Origin: Collinsella sp.
Lineage (GTDB): Bacteria; Actinomycetota; Coriobacteriia; Coriobacteriales; Coriobacteriaceae
NCBI GenBank assembly: GCA_048343195.1
Contig: DBGDDN010000063.1
Coordinates: 65,142-129,141 of the forward strand
Direction: 5' to 3'
Length of the DNA stretch: 64,000 nt
Shown: positions 9,678-22,560 of the stretch, in pieces
Position numbering within the stretch: position 1 is the first letter of the stretch
How the letters are laid out: each line of letters starts with the position of its first letter
Notes under the pieces: generated by a model
Seen by the model: only the letters and a program-made list of their open reading frames with translations
Told to the model about the DNA's origin: nothing
The model's database searches: none
Made by a program: the position numbers and the translations under genes

Positions 9678-11011
9678 GACCGGTCGCCTCCAAACAAGTC
9701 GGAACGCGTGGCCAAGTAGGCATCGAGGGCCTCGAGCGCACGGTCCGCATAGGCCTGATAGCGGTCGCGCTTGCTGCGGCGCTTACCGTCCTCGAGTGGC
9801 GGCACCAGGCCAAAGTTGACATGCATAGGCTGATAGCCCACGGTGGCAGGATCGGTCGCATAGCCCACGAGCGCACCCAGGGCGCCCACACGCGGCAACT
9901 CGACGCCCGCGGCACCGATAGCCTCGGCATAGGTGTTGAGCGCCGCGAGCAGACCTGTCGCCACGGCTTCCATGTACCCCTCGGTGCCGGTGATCTGACC
10001 GGCCAGGCGCACGCCGGTACCGGGCACGGCAAAGGTGCTATCGAGCACGTGAGGGGCGTCGACAAAGGTATTGCGGTGCATGACACCGTAGCGGAAGAAC
10101 TCAGCGTTCTCCAGGCCCGGCACCATATGGAAGACGCGCTTCTGCTCGCCAAAGGTCAAGTTGGTCTGGAAGCCCACCAGGTTATAGGCGGTCTTCTCCT
10201 TGTTCTCGGCACGCAGCTGAATCGCTGCCCAGGGGCGACGTCCGGTACGCGGGTCGGTGAGGCCAACGGGCTTCATGGCGCCAAAGCGAATAGCGTCCTT
10301 GCCGGTGCGTGCAACCTCCTCGGCAGGCTGGCAGGCCTGGAACAGATCGCCGCCCTCAAAGTCTTTGAGCACCACGCGGTCGGCCGTGGTAAGCGCCTCG
10401 ATAAAGGCCTCGTACTCCTCCTTGTTGAGCGGAGCGTTGAGATAGTCGCCGCTCCCCTGCTCCTCGTAGCGCGACTGCGAGAACAGCACGTCCATATCGA
10501 GCGTGGAGGCATCGACGATCGGCGCCGCCGCATCAAAGAATGCCAGGGCATCGCCACCGACGAGCTTCATAACCTCTTCGCTCAGCGCCGGTGAACACAG
10601 CGGGCCCGCGGCAATGACCACGTGACCCTCGGGAATCTGTGTGACCTCACCGTGCACGACCTCGATATTGGGACGGGCGGCAACCTCGGCCTCGACAAGC
10701 TCGGAAAACTTGACACGGTCGACCGCCAAGGCACCACCGGCGGGAACAGCGGCGCGATGGGCGCAATCGAGCAGGACTGAACCCATGCGCTCAAGCTCGG
10801 CCTTCAGCAAACCAGCCGCAGAATCCGGACGGGTCGACTTAAACGAATTGGAGCAGACGAGCTCTGCCAGGTGATCGGTATGGTGGGCCGGGGAGCTCAC
10901 CTGGGGGCGCATCTCGCACAGCTTTACGGCAAACCCGCGGTCTGCCAGCTGGATCGCGCACTCCGAACCCGCCAGACCGCCACCGATAACCGTCACCTGA
11001 TCGAACTGCAT
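9674..11011 (-). CDS. trmFO: Folate/FAD-dependent tRNA m5U54 methyltransferase TrmFO (Gid)
   Basis: GGGLAGSE, AELVCSNS, YNLVGFQT, RYGVMHRNT, AGQITGTEGY. Confidence 0.97.
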   Translation of the reverse strand: MQFDQVTVIGGGLAGSECAIQLADRGFAVKLCEMRPQVSSPAHHTDHLAELVCSNSFKSTRPDSAAGLLKAELERMGSVLLDCAHRAAVPAGGALAVDRVKFSELVEAEVAARPNIEVVHGEVTQIPEGHVVIAAGPLCSPALSEEVMKLVGGDALAFFDAAAPIVDASTLDMDVLFSQSRYEEQGSGDYLNAPLNKEEYEAFIEALTTADRVVLKDFEGGDLFQACQPAEEVARTGKDAIRFGAMKPVGLTDPRTGRRPWAAIQLRAENKEKTAYNLVGFQTNLTFGEQKRVFHMVPGLENAEFFRYGVMHRNTFVDAPHVLDSTFAVPGTGVRLAGQITGTEGYMEAVATGLLAALNTYAEAIGAAGVELPRVGALGALVGYATDPATVGYQPMHVNFGLVPPLEDGKRRSKRDRYQAYADRALEALDAYLATRSDLFGGDRS

Positions 11012-11025
11012 CTGCAAACACCTTT

Positions 11026-11961
11026 CTAATTGACACGTTTTCCATTGTGACCGAAGGGCGTCTGGGCGTGAAGGGCAAACTTGGAGGGCGCATACCTTCC
11101 ATCCATCATGCGCTCGATAAGGCCCTCGAGTTCAAGCGAACCCAAGAGTTTGAGTACGCCGACAGCATCGAGTGAGACGAGCGCCGCGATGTCGTCGACC
11201 TTGAGCGGAGAGGCGATGAGCGCATGCATCACGGTCTGCTGTGTTGGATTCAGGTCGGCAATGCCGGGAGCATCGGGGCGCGAGTAGCGCAGGGTGCCGT
11301 ATATGCGAGAGATAGCCATCTCGATGGACTCCTCGTCGACAATGCAGCAGGCACCGTTCGCAATGAGGTAATTCGTGCCACGCGACTCGGGCGATAGGAT
11401 CGACCCCGGCACGGCAAGAAGTTCGCGCCCCAAATCCATAGCAGCCTCAGCTGTAGAAAACGTCCCGGAAGGCATACCCGCCTCGGATACAAAGAGGGCT
11501 TGCGACAGGGCCGCGATCACGCGATTGCGGCGCGGAAAGGCAAACTTGCGCGGACCCATGCCCCACGGAGAGATCGACACGACCGCGCCGCCCGTATCGA
11601 GCGTGCGCGTAATAAGCCCCGCGCTCGAACGCGGGTAGACCACGTCGGCGCCCGTCCCCAGCACCACGACGTGTTTGCCGCCGGCGTTGACCGCAGCCCA
11701 ACCCGAGGCCTGGTCACAACCAACCGCGCCGCCCGAAACTACCGTCACTCCCGCCTCAACCGCCACCTTTGCCGCAAGCTCTGCCACGGCAAGACCATAC
11801 GGCGAGGCCTTGCGCGCGCCGATGATGGAGAGCGCGGGTGTCGAAAGCACCTCGGGATTGCCGCGCACATAAAGCGTCTGGGGTACATCAGAAAGCTCCA
11901 AAACGGTCTCGGGATACAACGCATCACCTGGATGCAGCTCAAAGGTCCCCTCGGCCATCAT
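11026..11961 (-). CDS. dprA: DNA processing protein DprA
   Basis: IIGARKAS.YG, VSGGAVGCD, FPRRNRVIAALS; C-terminal winged helix; ATG overlaps the comM stop. Confidence 0.95.
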   Translation of the reverse strand: MMAEGTFELHPGDALYPETVLELSDVPQTLYVRGNPEVLSTPALSIIGARKASPYGLAVAELAAKVAVEAGVTVVSGGAVGCDQASGWAAVNAGGKHVVVLGTGADVVYPRSSAGLITRTLDTGGAVVSISPWGMGPRKFAFPRRNRVIAALSQALFVSEAGMPSGTFSTAEAAMDLGRELLAVPGSILSPESRGTNYLIANGACCIVDEESIEMAISRIYGTLRYSRPDAPGIADLNPTQQTVMHALIASPLKVDDIAALVSLDAVGVLKLLGSLELEGLIERMMDGRYAPSKFALHAQTPFGHNGKRVN

Positions 11962-13481
11962 TGGTCCCTCCTTCCCTGGTACATCGCCGCCTCGAGCACG
12001 TGATCCTGCGTCACTTGCTCGCTCTCGGCGACGTCTGCAATCGTGCGCGCAATGCGAACCAAGCGCACGATGCCGCGGCCCGTGAGATGCGTGCGTTTGG
12101 ACAGACCGAGCACACACTTCTCCGCCGCATCATCGAGCTCAAAGGTCGAAACGACGCCGTCAATGGACCGTGTCTCGTCATCCTCGGCCTCGGCATCCGC
12201 ATCGTCCATACGGGACTCGCGCCAGGCGCGAAAGGCGCGACCGCGCACAACGTAGTCACGTAACTCGGCCGACGACATACCCTCCGCGCCCTCGATAATC
12301 ACCTGAGGGTCGGGACGGGTCACATCGATCATCATGTCGATACGGTCGGCCAAAGGACCGCGCAGTTTAGACCGATAGCGCTCGACCATCGCCGCCGAGC
12401 AGCGACACGGTACCTCGCGATCGCCCAAAAAGCCGCAGGGGCAGGGATTGCTCGCAGCCAGCAGCTGAAAGCGCGACGGGAAGGAAAAAGCCCCGTCGAC
12501 GCGTACGATCCTGACGTAGCCGCGTTCGATAGGCTGACGCAGCGTCTGCAGCACACCCGTGGGAAACTCGGCAAGCTCGTCCAAAAATAGCACTCCGCCA
12601 TGAGCAAGGCTGATCTCACCCGGGTGCACCGGGCGTCCGCCGCCGATAAGGCCTGCGGTCGAAATACTGTGATGGGGACTGCGGAAGGGCCGGTGCCCCG
12701 CCAACAAGCCATCAATGTTCTCGCCCAAAACCGAATGGATGCACAGCGCCTCCTGTTGATCCTCGACGGAAAGCTCGGGCAGGATGCCGGTCATACGGCG
12801 TGCGAGCATCGTCTTGCCCGATCCCGGGGACCCAATCATGAGCAAGCCGAGTTCTCCTGCCGCCGCAAGCGCCATGCCGCGTTTAGCGACTTCCTGCCCC
12901 AGCACGTCTGCATAGTCGAGCTCGGGCTCAAAGGTCGCCTCGACACCCTCGGAATCCAAGTAGTGCCGTGCGGCATCGCCCATGCCGTGAGCAAGCTGAG
13001 ACAGATGGTCGATAAAGCCGCAATCCACGCCCGCGAGTGGCACATGCTGGTCGGACCTGCCGGCGATAAAAGACAGCCCCATGTCGCGAGCCAATAGCTG
13101 AAACGCCACCTCGCCTTTGACAGGAAGCACCGTGCCGTCCAAGCCGAGCTCGCCGGCGATAAGACAACGATCGAGGTTGTCGCGGGGAATCTGACCATCG
13201 GCCGCTAGAACCGCGATGGCGATGGGCAGATCAAAGCCGCTACCGGTCTTGCGAATATCGCCGGGCGCCAGATTGACCGTAATGCCCGAGCGCGGGATCT
13301 CAAAGCCGGCCGAGCGCATCGCACAGCGAATACGACCACGTGACTCCATCACCTCCATACTCGGGATGCCGAGCATCTGAATGCCCGGAACGCCGCCGGC
13401 AAGCGAGACCTCGACCGTGACGTGAATCGCCTCGACACCGCGGATGCAGGCCGCGTGAACGGCAAACGTCTCGAACGCCAT
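11958..13481 (-). CDS. comM: YifB/ComM family Mg-chelatase-like AAA+ ATPase
   Basis: NLAPGDIRKTGSGFDLPIA, GSPGSGKT, PFRSPHH, PGEISLAHGGVLFLDE, NPCPCG. Confidence 0.93.
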   Translation of the reverse strand: MAFETFAVHAACIRGVEAIHVTVEVSLAGGVPGIQMLGIPSMEVMESRGRIRCAMRSAGFEIPRSGITVNLAPGDIRKTGSGFDLPIAIAVLAADGQIPRDNLDRCLIAGELGLDGTVLPVKGEVAFQLLARDMGLSFIAGRSDQHVPLAGVDCGFIDHLSQLAHGMGDAARHYLDSEGVEATFEPELDYADVLGQEVAKRGMALAAAGELGLLMIGSPGSGKTMLARRMTGILPELSVEDQQEALCIHSVLGENIDGLLAGHRPFRSPHHSISTAGLIGGGRPVHPGEISLAHGGVLFLDELAEFPTGVLQTLRQPIERGYVRIVRVDGAFSFPSRFQLLAASNPCPCGFLGDREVPCRCSAAMVERYRSKLRGPLADRIDMMIDVTRPDPQVIIEGAEGMSSAELRDYVVRGRAFRAWRESRMDDADAEAEDDETRSIDGVVSTFELDDAAEKCVLGLSKRTHLTGRGIVRLVRIARTIADVAESEQVTQDHVLEAAMYQGRRDQ

Positions 13482-13966
13482 CACGACACCTGCCAATCGA
13501 ACGCGTTGTACTGATGCTCGATCTCGGCGATATGCCCGCCGCGAATGGTGACACCCACTGCATCGAAGCGGATCGCCTTGAGCGGATAGTGCTCCATGAG
13601 ATAGCAACTTGCGATACGGCGATACCGACGCTGCTTTTGGGCATCCACGGCCTCCTCGGGAAAGACCCGCGTGGTGCAATCCAGGGCGACGCGCCTGGTC
13701 TTGACCTCGGCCATCACCACGACATCGTCAAGCTCATCGAGCAGCACCAGATCGGCTTCGCCCTCGGTGCAACGATAACCCTGCTCCAGCAAGGTGTAGC
13801 CGCGCTCGTTAAAGTAGTCGATGGTGATCAGCTCGCCCAGCATGCCCAGCTCACGGGGACTGAGTCCCTTGATAAACTCGGGCGTCATCGCCCCGCAGTC
13901 GAGCTCGCCGTTTTCCCAACGCTCCTTGAGCTGCTGCGTCTTGCTCTTTTTGCTTGCGGCACTCAT
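13481..13966 (-). CDS. yraN: YraN family (UPF0102) nuclease
   Basis: LG..GE....YF, GEADLV, AEVKTR, RFDAV; adjacent to comM. Confidence 0.88.
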   Translation of the reverse strand: MSAASKKSKTQQLKERWENGELDCGAMTPEFIKGLSPRELGMLGELITIDYFNERGYTLLEQGYRCTEGEADLVLLDELDDVVVMAEVKTRRVALDCTTRVFPEEAVDAQKQRRYRRIASCYLMEHYPLKAIRFDAVGVTIRGGHIAEIEHQYNAFDWQVS

Positions 13967-14064
13967 GGGGTCTCCTTTCCCGCACACTGCATTGCCCCGA
14001 TGATGAGGGCACCTTTCATGCGGGTAAGTACAGGAAGCAAACCAAAAGCTGACCAAATGCCGTC

Positions 14065-14106
14065 AAAAAACGGGCCGTACGCAGCAATGGTGTTGCATAC
14101 GGCCCG
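14065..14106 (-). terminator. Intrinsic terminator after rnhB
   Basis: CGGGCCGTA...TACGGCCCG stem followed by T6 on the minus strand. Confidence 0.75.
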
Positions 14107-14155
14107 CTACCAGCAGGTTTATAAAACCCCAGAGGTCCCTGTCTCCACAATTGGC

Positions 14156-14944
14156 CTAGAAAAGGCGCTCAGTCTGCAGAAAGTTTCCGCAAAAGCTCAC
14201 GCGGTGCAGCGGACAAAGTCCATGTTTGCGAATGGCCTCGATATGCTCGGGGCTTGCATAGCCCTTCGACTCGGCCAGATGGTACTCGGGGTACTCGGCG
14301 TCGTACTCGACCATCATCTCGTCACGCGTGACCTTGGCCATGATGGACGCCGCGGCGATGCAGGCGATCTTGGCATCGCCCTTCACCACATCGCGCTCGT
14401 TAGGAACGGCGCCCAAGGGGTTGCCATCCATAAGCACGCAATCGGGCTCGAGCCCTGTATCGGCCACGGCGCCTGCAACGGCGGTACGGATAGCACGGGC
14501 CATGCCCATCTCATCGATATCCTTAGGCGCGATATGGCAAAAACCGATCGCCGTCGCCACCTCGGCAATCTTCACTGAGAGCAACTCGCGGCGCGCCGGC
14601 GTGAGCTTTTTGGAATCGTTGATGCCCCAGACGCGCGGCTCCATAGGAAGGCAGACAGCGCATACCGTCAAAGGACCGGCCACCGATCCGCGACCCACCT
14701 CGTCGACACCAACGACCACCCCATCGCCGCCAAGCTCATGCATAAGCTCGTACATGTCATTGACGCGCTCGCGCTCGGCAAGCTCTTTGGCATGGCGTTT
14801 GAGGGCGCGTTCGCAAGCCTTGATCACCTGCTGGCGCGGATCCTCGCGATAATGCTCCACGAGGGCGGGAATCTCCTCAAACGTAGCGCTCGCCAGCTCG
14901 CCAGCAACTTGCGATGCCGAAACCGAGCTCGTCATATTGGCCAT
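14156..14944 (-). CDS. rnhB: Ribonuclease HII
   Basis: GVDEVGRG, DSKKL, VKGD, AAASIMAKVTRD. Confidence 0.97.
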   Translation of the reverse strand: MANMTSSVSASQVAGELASATFEEIPALVEHYREDPRQQVIKACERALKRHAKELAERERVNDMYELMHELGGDGVVVGVDEVGRGSVAGPLTVCAVCLPMEPRVWGINDSKKLTPARRELLSVKIAEVATAIGFCHIAPKDIDEMGMARAIRTAVAGAVADTGLEPDCVLMDGNPLGAVPNERDVVKGDAKIACIAAASIMAKVTRDEMMVEYDAEYPEYHLAESKGYASPEHIEAIRKHGLCPLHRVSFCGNFLQTERLF

Positions 14945-14973
14945 ACCAGGCCCTCCTTGCATGCAAATCGGAT

Positions 14974-15003
14974 AAAAAGAAGGGCCACCCGAAGGTGACC
15001 CTT
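14974..15003 (-). terminator. Intrinsic terminator after rplS
   Basis: AAGGGTCACC-TTCG-GGTGGCCCTT plus U-tract. Confidence 0.75.
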
Positions 15004-15037
15004 ACGTCCAAACGAGTGGACAGACGCTGCGATCTTC

Positions 15038-15379
15038 TTAGCGCTTCTCGGGGATGCGAGCAGCCTTGCCCACCTTGTCGCGGAGGTAGTACAGCTTGGC
15101 GCGACGGACGCGACCATGACGAACGACCTCGAGCTTGGCGATCTTGGGGCTGTGAAGCGGGAAGGTACGCTCAACACCGACACCGAAGGACATCTTGCGG
15201 ACGGTGAAGGTCTCGCGGGCACCGGCGCCGGCCATGCGGATGACGTCGCCCTGGAAGACCTGGATGCGCTCGCGGTCGCCTTCCTTAATGCGGTAGTGAA
15301 CCTTGACGTTGTCGGCGACGCGAACCTGAGGAATGTCCTCGCGGATCTGCTGACGCTCGATTGCGCGGATGTAATCCAT
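15038..15379 (-). CDS. rplS: 50S ribosomal protein L19
   Basis: [30 protein letters not shown]. Confidence 0.99.
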   Translation of the reverse strand: MDYIRAIERQQIREDIPQVRVADNVKVHYRIKEGDRERIQVFQGDVIRMAGAGARETFTVRKMSFGVGVERTFPLHSPKIAKLEVVRHGRVRRAKLYYLRDKVGKAARIPEKR

Positions 15380-15588
15380 GTGCAATTCCTTACTCTTCTA
15401 GAGGTGCCGTACCACCTTGGCCGGCACGTAGTTGAACAAACGTATTCGAGTATACACGCGCGGGTTTCTGCTGCAAGAACAATTTTTTACGCAGACAAAA
15501 AGACAAAACCCGCACATGATAACCGCCAGCCTCACGAATGAGACGGGCGGCATGAAGGGGGCTACGCTAGGCGTCTAAACCCAAAACG

Positions 15589-18339
<2,751 letters not shown>

Positions 18340-18588
18340 GATACTTCCCCTTCCATGCACTTACGCGCACGACCGTGGTAACGAATCGACCCGCCAGATG
18401 CGGGCCGTGAGGGAACTATACGGCGGGTTTTGAGCAGGCTTAAGCAGAGGATGCGCGGTTTGGTAAACGTGCTAAAACTGGCGGTAAACGGTAGGTAAAG
18501 GTGGTTACATTATGAAGATACCACTGTAAGAACGTGCAGGTCAGATGCGATATTTTTGCTAAATCGCTTTATCAAAATGCTGCTACTA

Positions 18589-19455
18589 TTAGGCTCGACG
18601 GGCGGCGCGGCGGGCACGGGCTTCTTGGATTTCCTCCAAGTGGCTAATGATCTCGGCAGCGCTTTCTTCGATGGCCTTGCCGTCGGTACGCACCACAAAG
18701 CAGCCTAGGCGCTTCATGAGCGCACGGGCTTCCTCGAGCTCGCTGTGCACGCTCTCGGGCTCGGCATAGGAGCCGGCAACGGCACGAGCGTAGTCATCGC
18801 CCAAGCGGCTATCGCGAATTTCGGAAATCACATCGACGGTCGAAATCAGGCCGAACAGGCGCATCGGGTCGACCTCGTAAGTCGACTTGGGCGGCTCCAT
18901 GCCATGCGCCAGTGGGACATTGGCGACCTTGTAGCCCTGATAGGCCAAATACATCGACAGCGGCGTCTTGGACGTACGCGATACGCCCAGCAGCACGATA
19001 TCGGCTCCCGACAGATCGTCGCAGCCGCGCCCGTCATCGTGCTCAACGAAATACTCCATGGCCTCGATGCGATGGAAATAGCGGTCATCGGTCTTGTGAA
19101 TCACACCCGCGACGCCCTTGGGCGGCACACCGATGAGCGACGACAGCACGGCAAGCGTCGGGCCAATCAGGTCGACCGAACGAATATGCAGCATGCCCAG
19201 GTAATCGAGCACGCGGGCGCGAAGCGCCGGATCGACAATGGTGTGGAACACGGCAATATCGCGATGGTCGGCATCGACGCGCGGGCCCACAAACGACTCC
19301 ACCTGCTCCACCGAGGTCACCTTGGGCAGGCGCAAGAGAAGAAAAGCCCCTTCATCAAATTGCCCGGACGCCGCAAGCACCACCTCACAAGCGGTATCAC
19401 CGAGCGAGTCGGAGATAACGATAACGGTGGGACGAGCGGTGACCGGGCAATCCAT
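18589..19455 (-). CDS. PPDK/PEPS regulatory kinase-phosphorylase (DUF299)
   Basis: ISDSLGDTA, YFHRIEAMEYFVEHDDG, GVSRTSKTPLSMYLA; adjacent to ppdK. Confidence 0.94.
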   Translation of the reverse strand: MDCPVTARPTVIVISDSLGDTACEVVLAASGQFDEGAFLLLRLPKVTSVEQVESFVGPRVDADHRDIAVFHTIVDPALRARVLDYLGMLHIRSVDLIGPTLAVLSSLIGVPPKGVAGVIHKTDDRYFHRIEAMEYFVEHDDGRGCDDLSGADIVLLGVSRTSKTPLSMYLAYQGYKVANVPLAHGMEPPKSTYEVDPMRLFGLISTVDVISEIRDSRLGDDYARAVAGSYAEPESVHSELEEARALMKRLGCFVVRTDGKAIEESAAEIISHLEEIQEARARRAARRA

Positions 19456-19489
19456 GCGGGGCTCCTTTAGCGCTTATGCGCAGGCTGGC

Positions 19490-21586
19490 TTACTTTTTGC
19501 GGGCAAGCTCACCGATGTTGGCGATGCCGGAGAAAACGGCCTCGAAGCGGTTGAGCAGCTTAAGGCGATTATCGCGGAGCTGCTCGTCCTTGTCCATGAC
19601 CATGACCTCATCGAAGAAGCGGTCGATGGGCGCGCGCAGGGCGGCAAGGGCGGCAAATGCGGCCGGGTAATCCTCGGCAGCAAGGGCGGCATCGACAGCG
19701 GTCTGAGCAGCCTCGGAGGCATCGGCAAGCGCGAGCTCGACCTCGCCCATCAGGCCGCGGTCGTACTCCGCACCCAGCTCGGGCTTGGAGATGTGTGCGG
19801 CGCGGGCATAGGCGGTCGCAAGGTTGTCGAACGTCTCGGCGTCGTTCTTGCGGGCCTCGTCGAGGGCGGCGCAGCGGGCGAAGAAGACGGACGGGGCGAT
19901 GATGTGCACCGCGGAGACGGCGGCAACGGTATCGGCCGGGATCTTTTCGTCGCGGGCCATGCTCACCAGGCGGCCATGGAAGAAGTCGCGAACCTGCTGG
20001 GCGACCTTGGCGGCGTCGAACTCAATGCCCTGCTCGCTATAGAGCTCGAGGGCGAAGTCGATGAGCGACGTGGGGTCGATCGGCAGACGGTCGCGCAGGA
20101 TGTTGATGATGCCGATAGCGGCACGACGCAGCGCGTAGGGGTCGGAGGAGCCGGTCGGGGGCTCGCCAATGGCAAAGATACCGGCGATGGTATCGAGCTT
20201 GTCGGCGCAGGCCACGATGCAGCCAGCGGTGCCCTCGGGCAGCTCGTCACCGGCAAAGCGGGGACGATAATGATCGCGAATGGCGTGGGCAACCTCGTCG
20301 TTCTCCCCCATCGCGGTGGCGTAGTAACCGCCCATCACGCCCTGCTGGCTCGTGAACTCGACGACGGCGTTGGATACCAAGTCGGCCTTGCACAGGTGCG
20401 CGGCGCGAGCGGCATCGGCGGCCAGGTGGGCGCCCAGATGGGCCTCGCGAGCGATGGCAAGCGCGAGTTGCTCAATGCGCTCGGACTTGGCGAGCACGCT
20501 ACCGAGCTTCTCCTGGAAGGCAACCTTGGCCAGACGCTCACGGAACTCGTCGAGGGAGATCTTCAGGTCCTCCTCGTAGAAGAACTTTGCGTCGTCCAGA
20601 CGGGCGCGCACGACGCGCTCGTTGCCGTCGATCACGCGCTCGGCGTTCTCGGGCTTGCTGTTGGAGACGACCACGAACTCACGCGTGAGCTTGCCCTCGC
20701 CGTCATAGATCGGGAAGTAACGCTGGTTGGTGAGCATGGACTCGCAGATGATCTCGTGCGGGACCTTGAGGAACTCCTCATCGAAGGTACCGACGAGCAC
20801 CGTCGGCCACTCGCAGAGGTTAATGACCTCCTCGAAGACCTTCTTGGGCGTGTCGACATGACAGCCGGGGCGAGCGGCCTCGACCTCGGCGATGCCGGCA
20901 AGGATGGCCTCGCGACGACGCTCGGCAGAAAGCACGCCGGCGTCCTCGAGCACCTGCTCATAAACAGCGGGGCTGGCAACAACATGGTCGCCAGGGCCAA
21001 GTACGCGATGACCGCGCGTGGTGTTGCCGCTCGTCACGTCGGCAAACGACACGGGCACAACATCCTCGCCCAAAAGGCAGCAGATCCAGCGGACCGGACG
21101 AACAAAGGTCGCATGCTCGTGACCCCAGCGCTGGCTGCGGTAGTTGGGCCACTGCAGGCCGGCGATGGTCTTCTCGCACAGAGCGGTCAGAATCGGCGTA
21201 GCCGGTGCGGAGGGAATGTTCTTCTCGGCGAACACATACTCGCGACCGTCAGTGTCCTCGCGACGGACCAGGTCCTCGGCAGCCACACCGCACTTGCGGG
21301 CAAAGCCCTGGGCGGCCTTGGTGGCGTTACCGTCAGCGTCGAAGGCAATGTTGGCCGCGGGGCCACGCTTGACCTCATGGACTTCATCGGTCGCGGTGGC
21401 GACGTTAGCCACGAGCGCAGCCAGGCGGCGCGGGCTCGAGATCACACGGACCTCGCCGTGGGCCAGACCGGCCTCGTCGAGACCCTTGGCAATCATGGAG
21501 CCAAGCTGCTTGACGGCATTGTTCAGCGGCGCGGAGGGCATCTCCTCCGTACCGATCTCAAACAGGAAATCCTTAGCGTCTGCCAT
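19490..21586 (-). CDS. glyS: Glycyl-tRNA synthetase beta subunit
   Basis: FEIGTEEMP, PRRLA, FVRPVRW, PTGSSDPYALRR. Confidence 0.97.
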   Translation of the reverse strand: MADAKDFLFEIGTEEMPSAPLNNAVKQLGSMIAKGLDEAGLAHGEVRVISSPRRLAALVANVATATDEVHEVKRGPAANIAFDADGNATKAAQGFARKCGVAAEDLVRREDTDGREYVFAEKNIPSAPATPILTALCEKTIAGLQWPNYRSQRWGHEHATFVRPVRWICCLLGEDVVPVSFADVTSGNTTRGHRVLGPGDHVVASPAVYEQVLEDAGVLSAERRREAILAGIAEVEAARPGCHVDTPKKVFEEVINLCEWPTVLVGTFDEEFLKVPHEIICESMLTNQRYFPIYDGEGKLTREFVVVSNSKPENAERVIDGNERVVRARLDDAKFFYEEDLKISLDEFRERLAKVAFQEKLGSVLAKSERIEQLALAIAREAHLGAHLAADAARAAHLCKADLVSNAVVEFTSQQGVMGGYYATAMGENDEVAHAIRDHYRPRFAGDELPEGTAGCIVACADKLDTIAGIFAIGEPPTGSSDPYALRRAAIGIINILRDRLPIDPTSLIDFALELYSEQGIEFDAAKVAQQVRDFFHGRLVSMARDEKIPADTVAAVSAVHIIAPSVFFARCAALDEARKNDAETFDNLATAYARAAHISKPELGAEYDRGLMGEVELALADASEAAQTAVDAALAAEDYPAAFAALAALRAPIDRFFDEVMVMDKDEQLRDNRLKLLNRFEAVFSGIANIGELARKK

Positions 21587-21589
21587 GGC

Positions 21590-22501
21590 TTACGCCACCT
21601 CGCCTTCCTGGTCGGCATTCTCGTTGACTCCGGCGACCTCGGCCATGTAGGCCTCGCAGCACGCCTTGGCGACGGCGCGGACGCGCAGGATGTAGTTGGC
21701 ACGCTCGACCGCGGACAGGGCGCCGCGAGCATCGAGCAGGTTGAAAGCGTGGCTGCACTTCATGACGCAGTCATATGCCGGCAGCGGCAGCTTGCGCTCC
21801 AGGCAGGAATGGCACTCGGCCTCGTAGTCGTCAAACTTCTGACGCATCATCTCGACGTTGGCGACCTCAAAGTTATAGGCACTGAACTCGCGCTCGTTCT
21901 CGAGGAACACGTCGCCGTAGGTCATGGGCGTGCCGTCGGGCAGGTAGCTCCACACCAGGTCGTAGACCGAGTTGACGCCCTGGGCGTACATGGCGATACG
22001 CTCCAGGCCGTAGGTAATCTCAACGGGCACGGGGTCGACCTCGATGCCTCCCACCTGCTGGAAGTACGTAAACTGCGTGACCTCCATGCCATTGAGCCAG
22101 ACCTCCCAGCCAAGGCCCCAGGCGCCAAGGGTCGGGCTCTCCCAGTCATCCTCGACAAAGCGGACGTCATGGTCGTTGGGATCCAGACCGATAGCGGCAA
22201 GAGACCTCAGGTAGAGCTCCTGGGCGTTAACCGGAGAAGGCTTGATGAGCACCTGGAACTGATAGTAGTGCTGCATGCGGTTGGGGTTCTCGCCGTAGCG
22301 GCCGTCGGCGGGACGGCGGCAGGGCTGCGCATAGCAGGTGCGCCACTCGGCGGGACCGAGCGAGCGCAGCGTGGTCGCGGTATGGAAGGTACCGGCACCG
22401 ACCTCGGAGTCATAGGGCTGCATAATGACGCAGCCCTGCTCGCCCCAGTACTGCTGGAGGCGCAGGATGATGTCTTGGAAGGAAAGCGATGAAGCGTTCA
22501 T
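21590..22501 (-). CDS. glyQ: Glycyl-tRNA synthetase alpha subunit
   Basis: [38 protein letters not shown]. Confidence 0.98.
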   Translation of the reverse strand: MNASSLSFQDIILRLQQYWGEQGCVIMQPYDSEVGAGTFHTATTLRSLGPAEWRTCYAQPCRRPADGRYGENPNRMQHYYQFQVLIKPSPVNAQELYLRSLAAIGLDPNDHDVRFVEDDWESPTLGAWGLGWEVWLNGMEVTQFTYFQQVGGIEVDPVPVEITYGLERIAMYAQGVNSVYDLVWSYLPDGTPMTYGDVFLENEREFSAYNFEVANVEMMRQKFDDYEAECHSCLERKLPLPAYDCVMKCSHAFNLLDARGALSAVERANYILRVRAVAKACCEAYMAEVAGVNENADQEGEVA

Positions 22502-22560
22502 GCCTCTAATATCCCCTCGTCGAAACGATTACACGGTTAGGTACTGTACTATAGCGGTTT

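Noticed and set aside
19238..22492. 1084-aa plus-strand ORF
   Set aside because: Antisense shadow of glyQ/glyS; expected from high-GC codon bias and lacks recognisable motifs
22502..22560. T-box leader for glyQS
   Set aside because: Intergenic gap of about 60 nt is too short and shows no T-box motif
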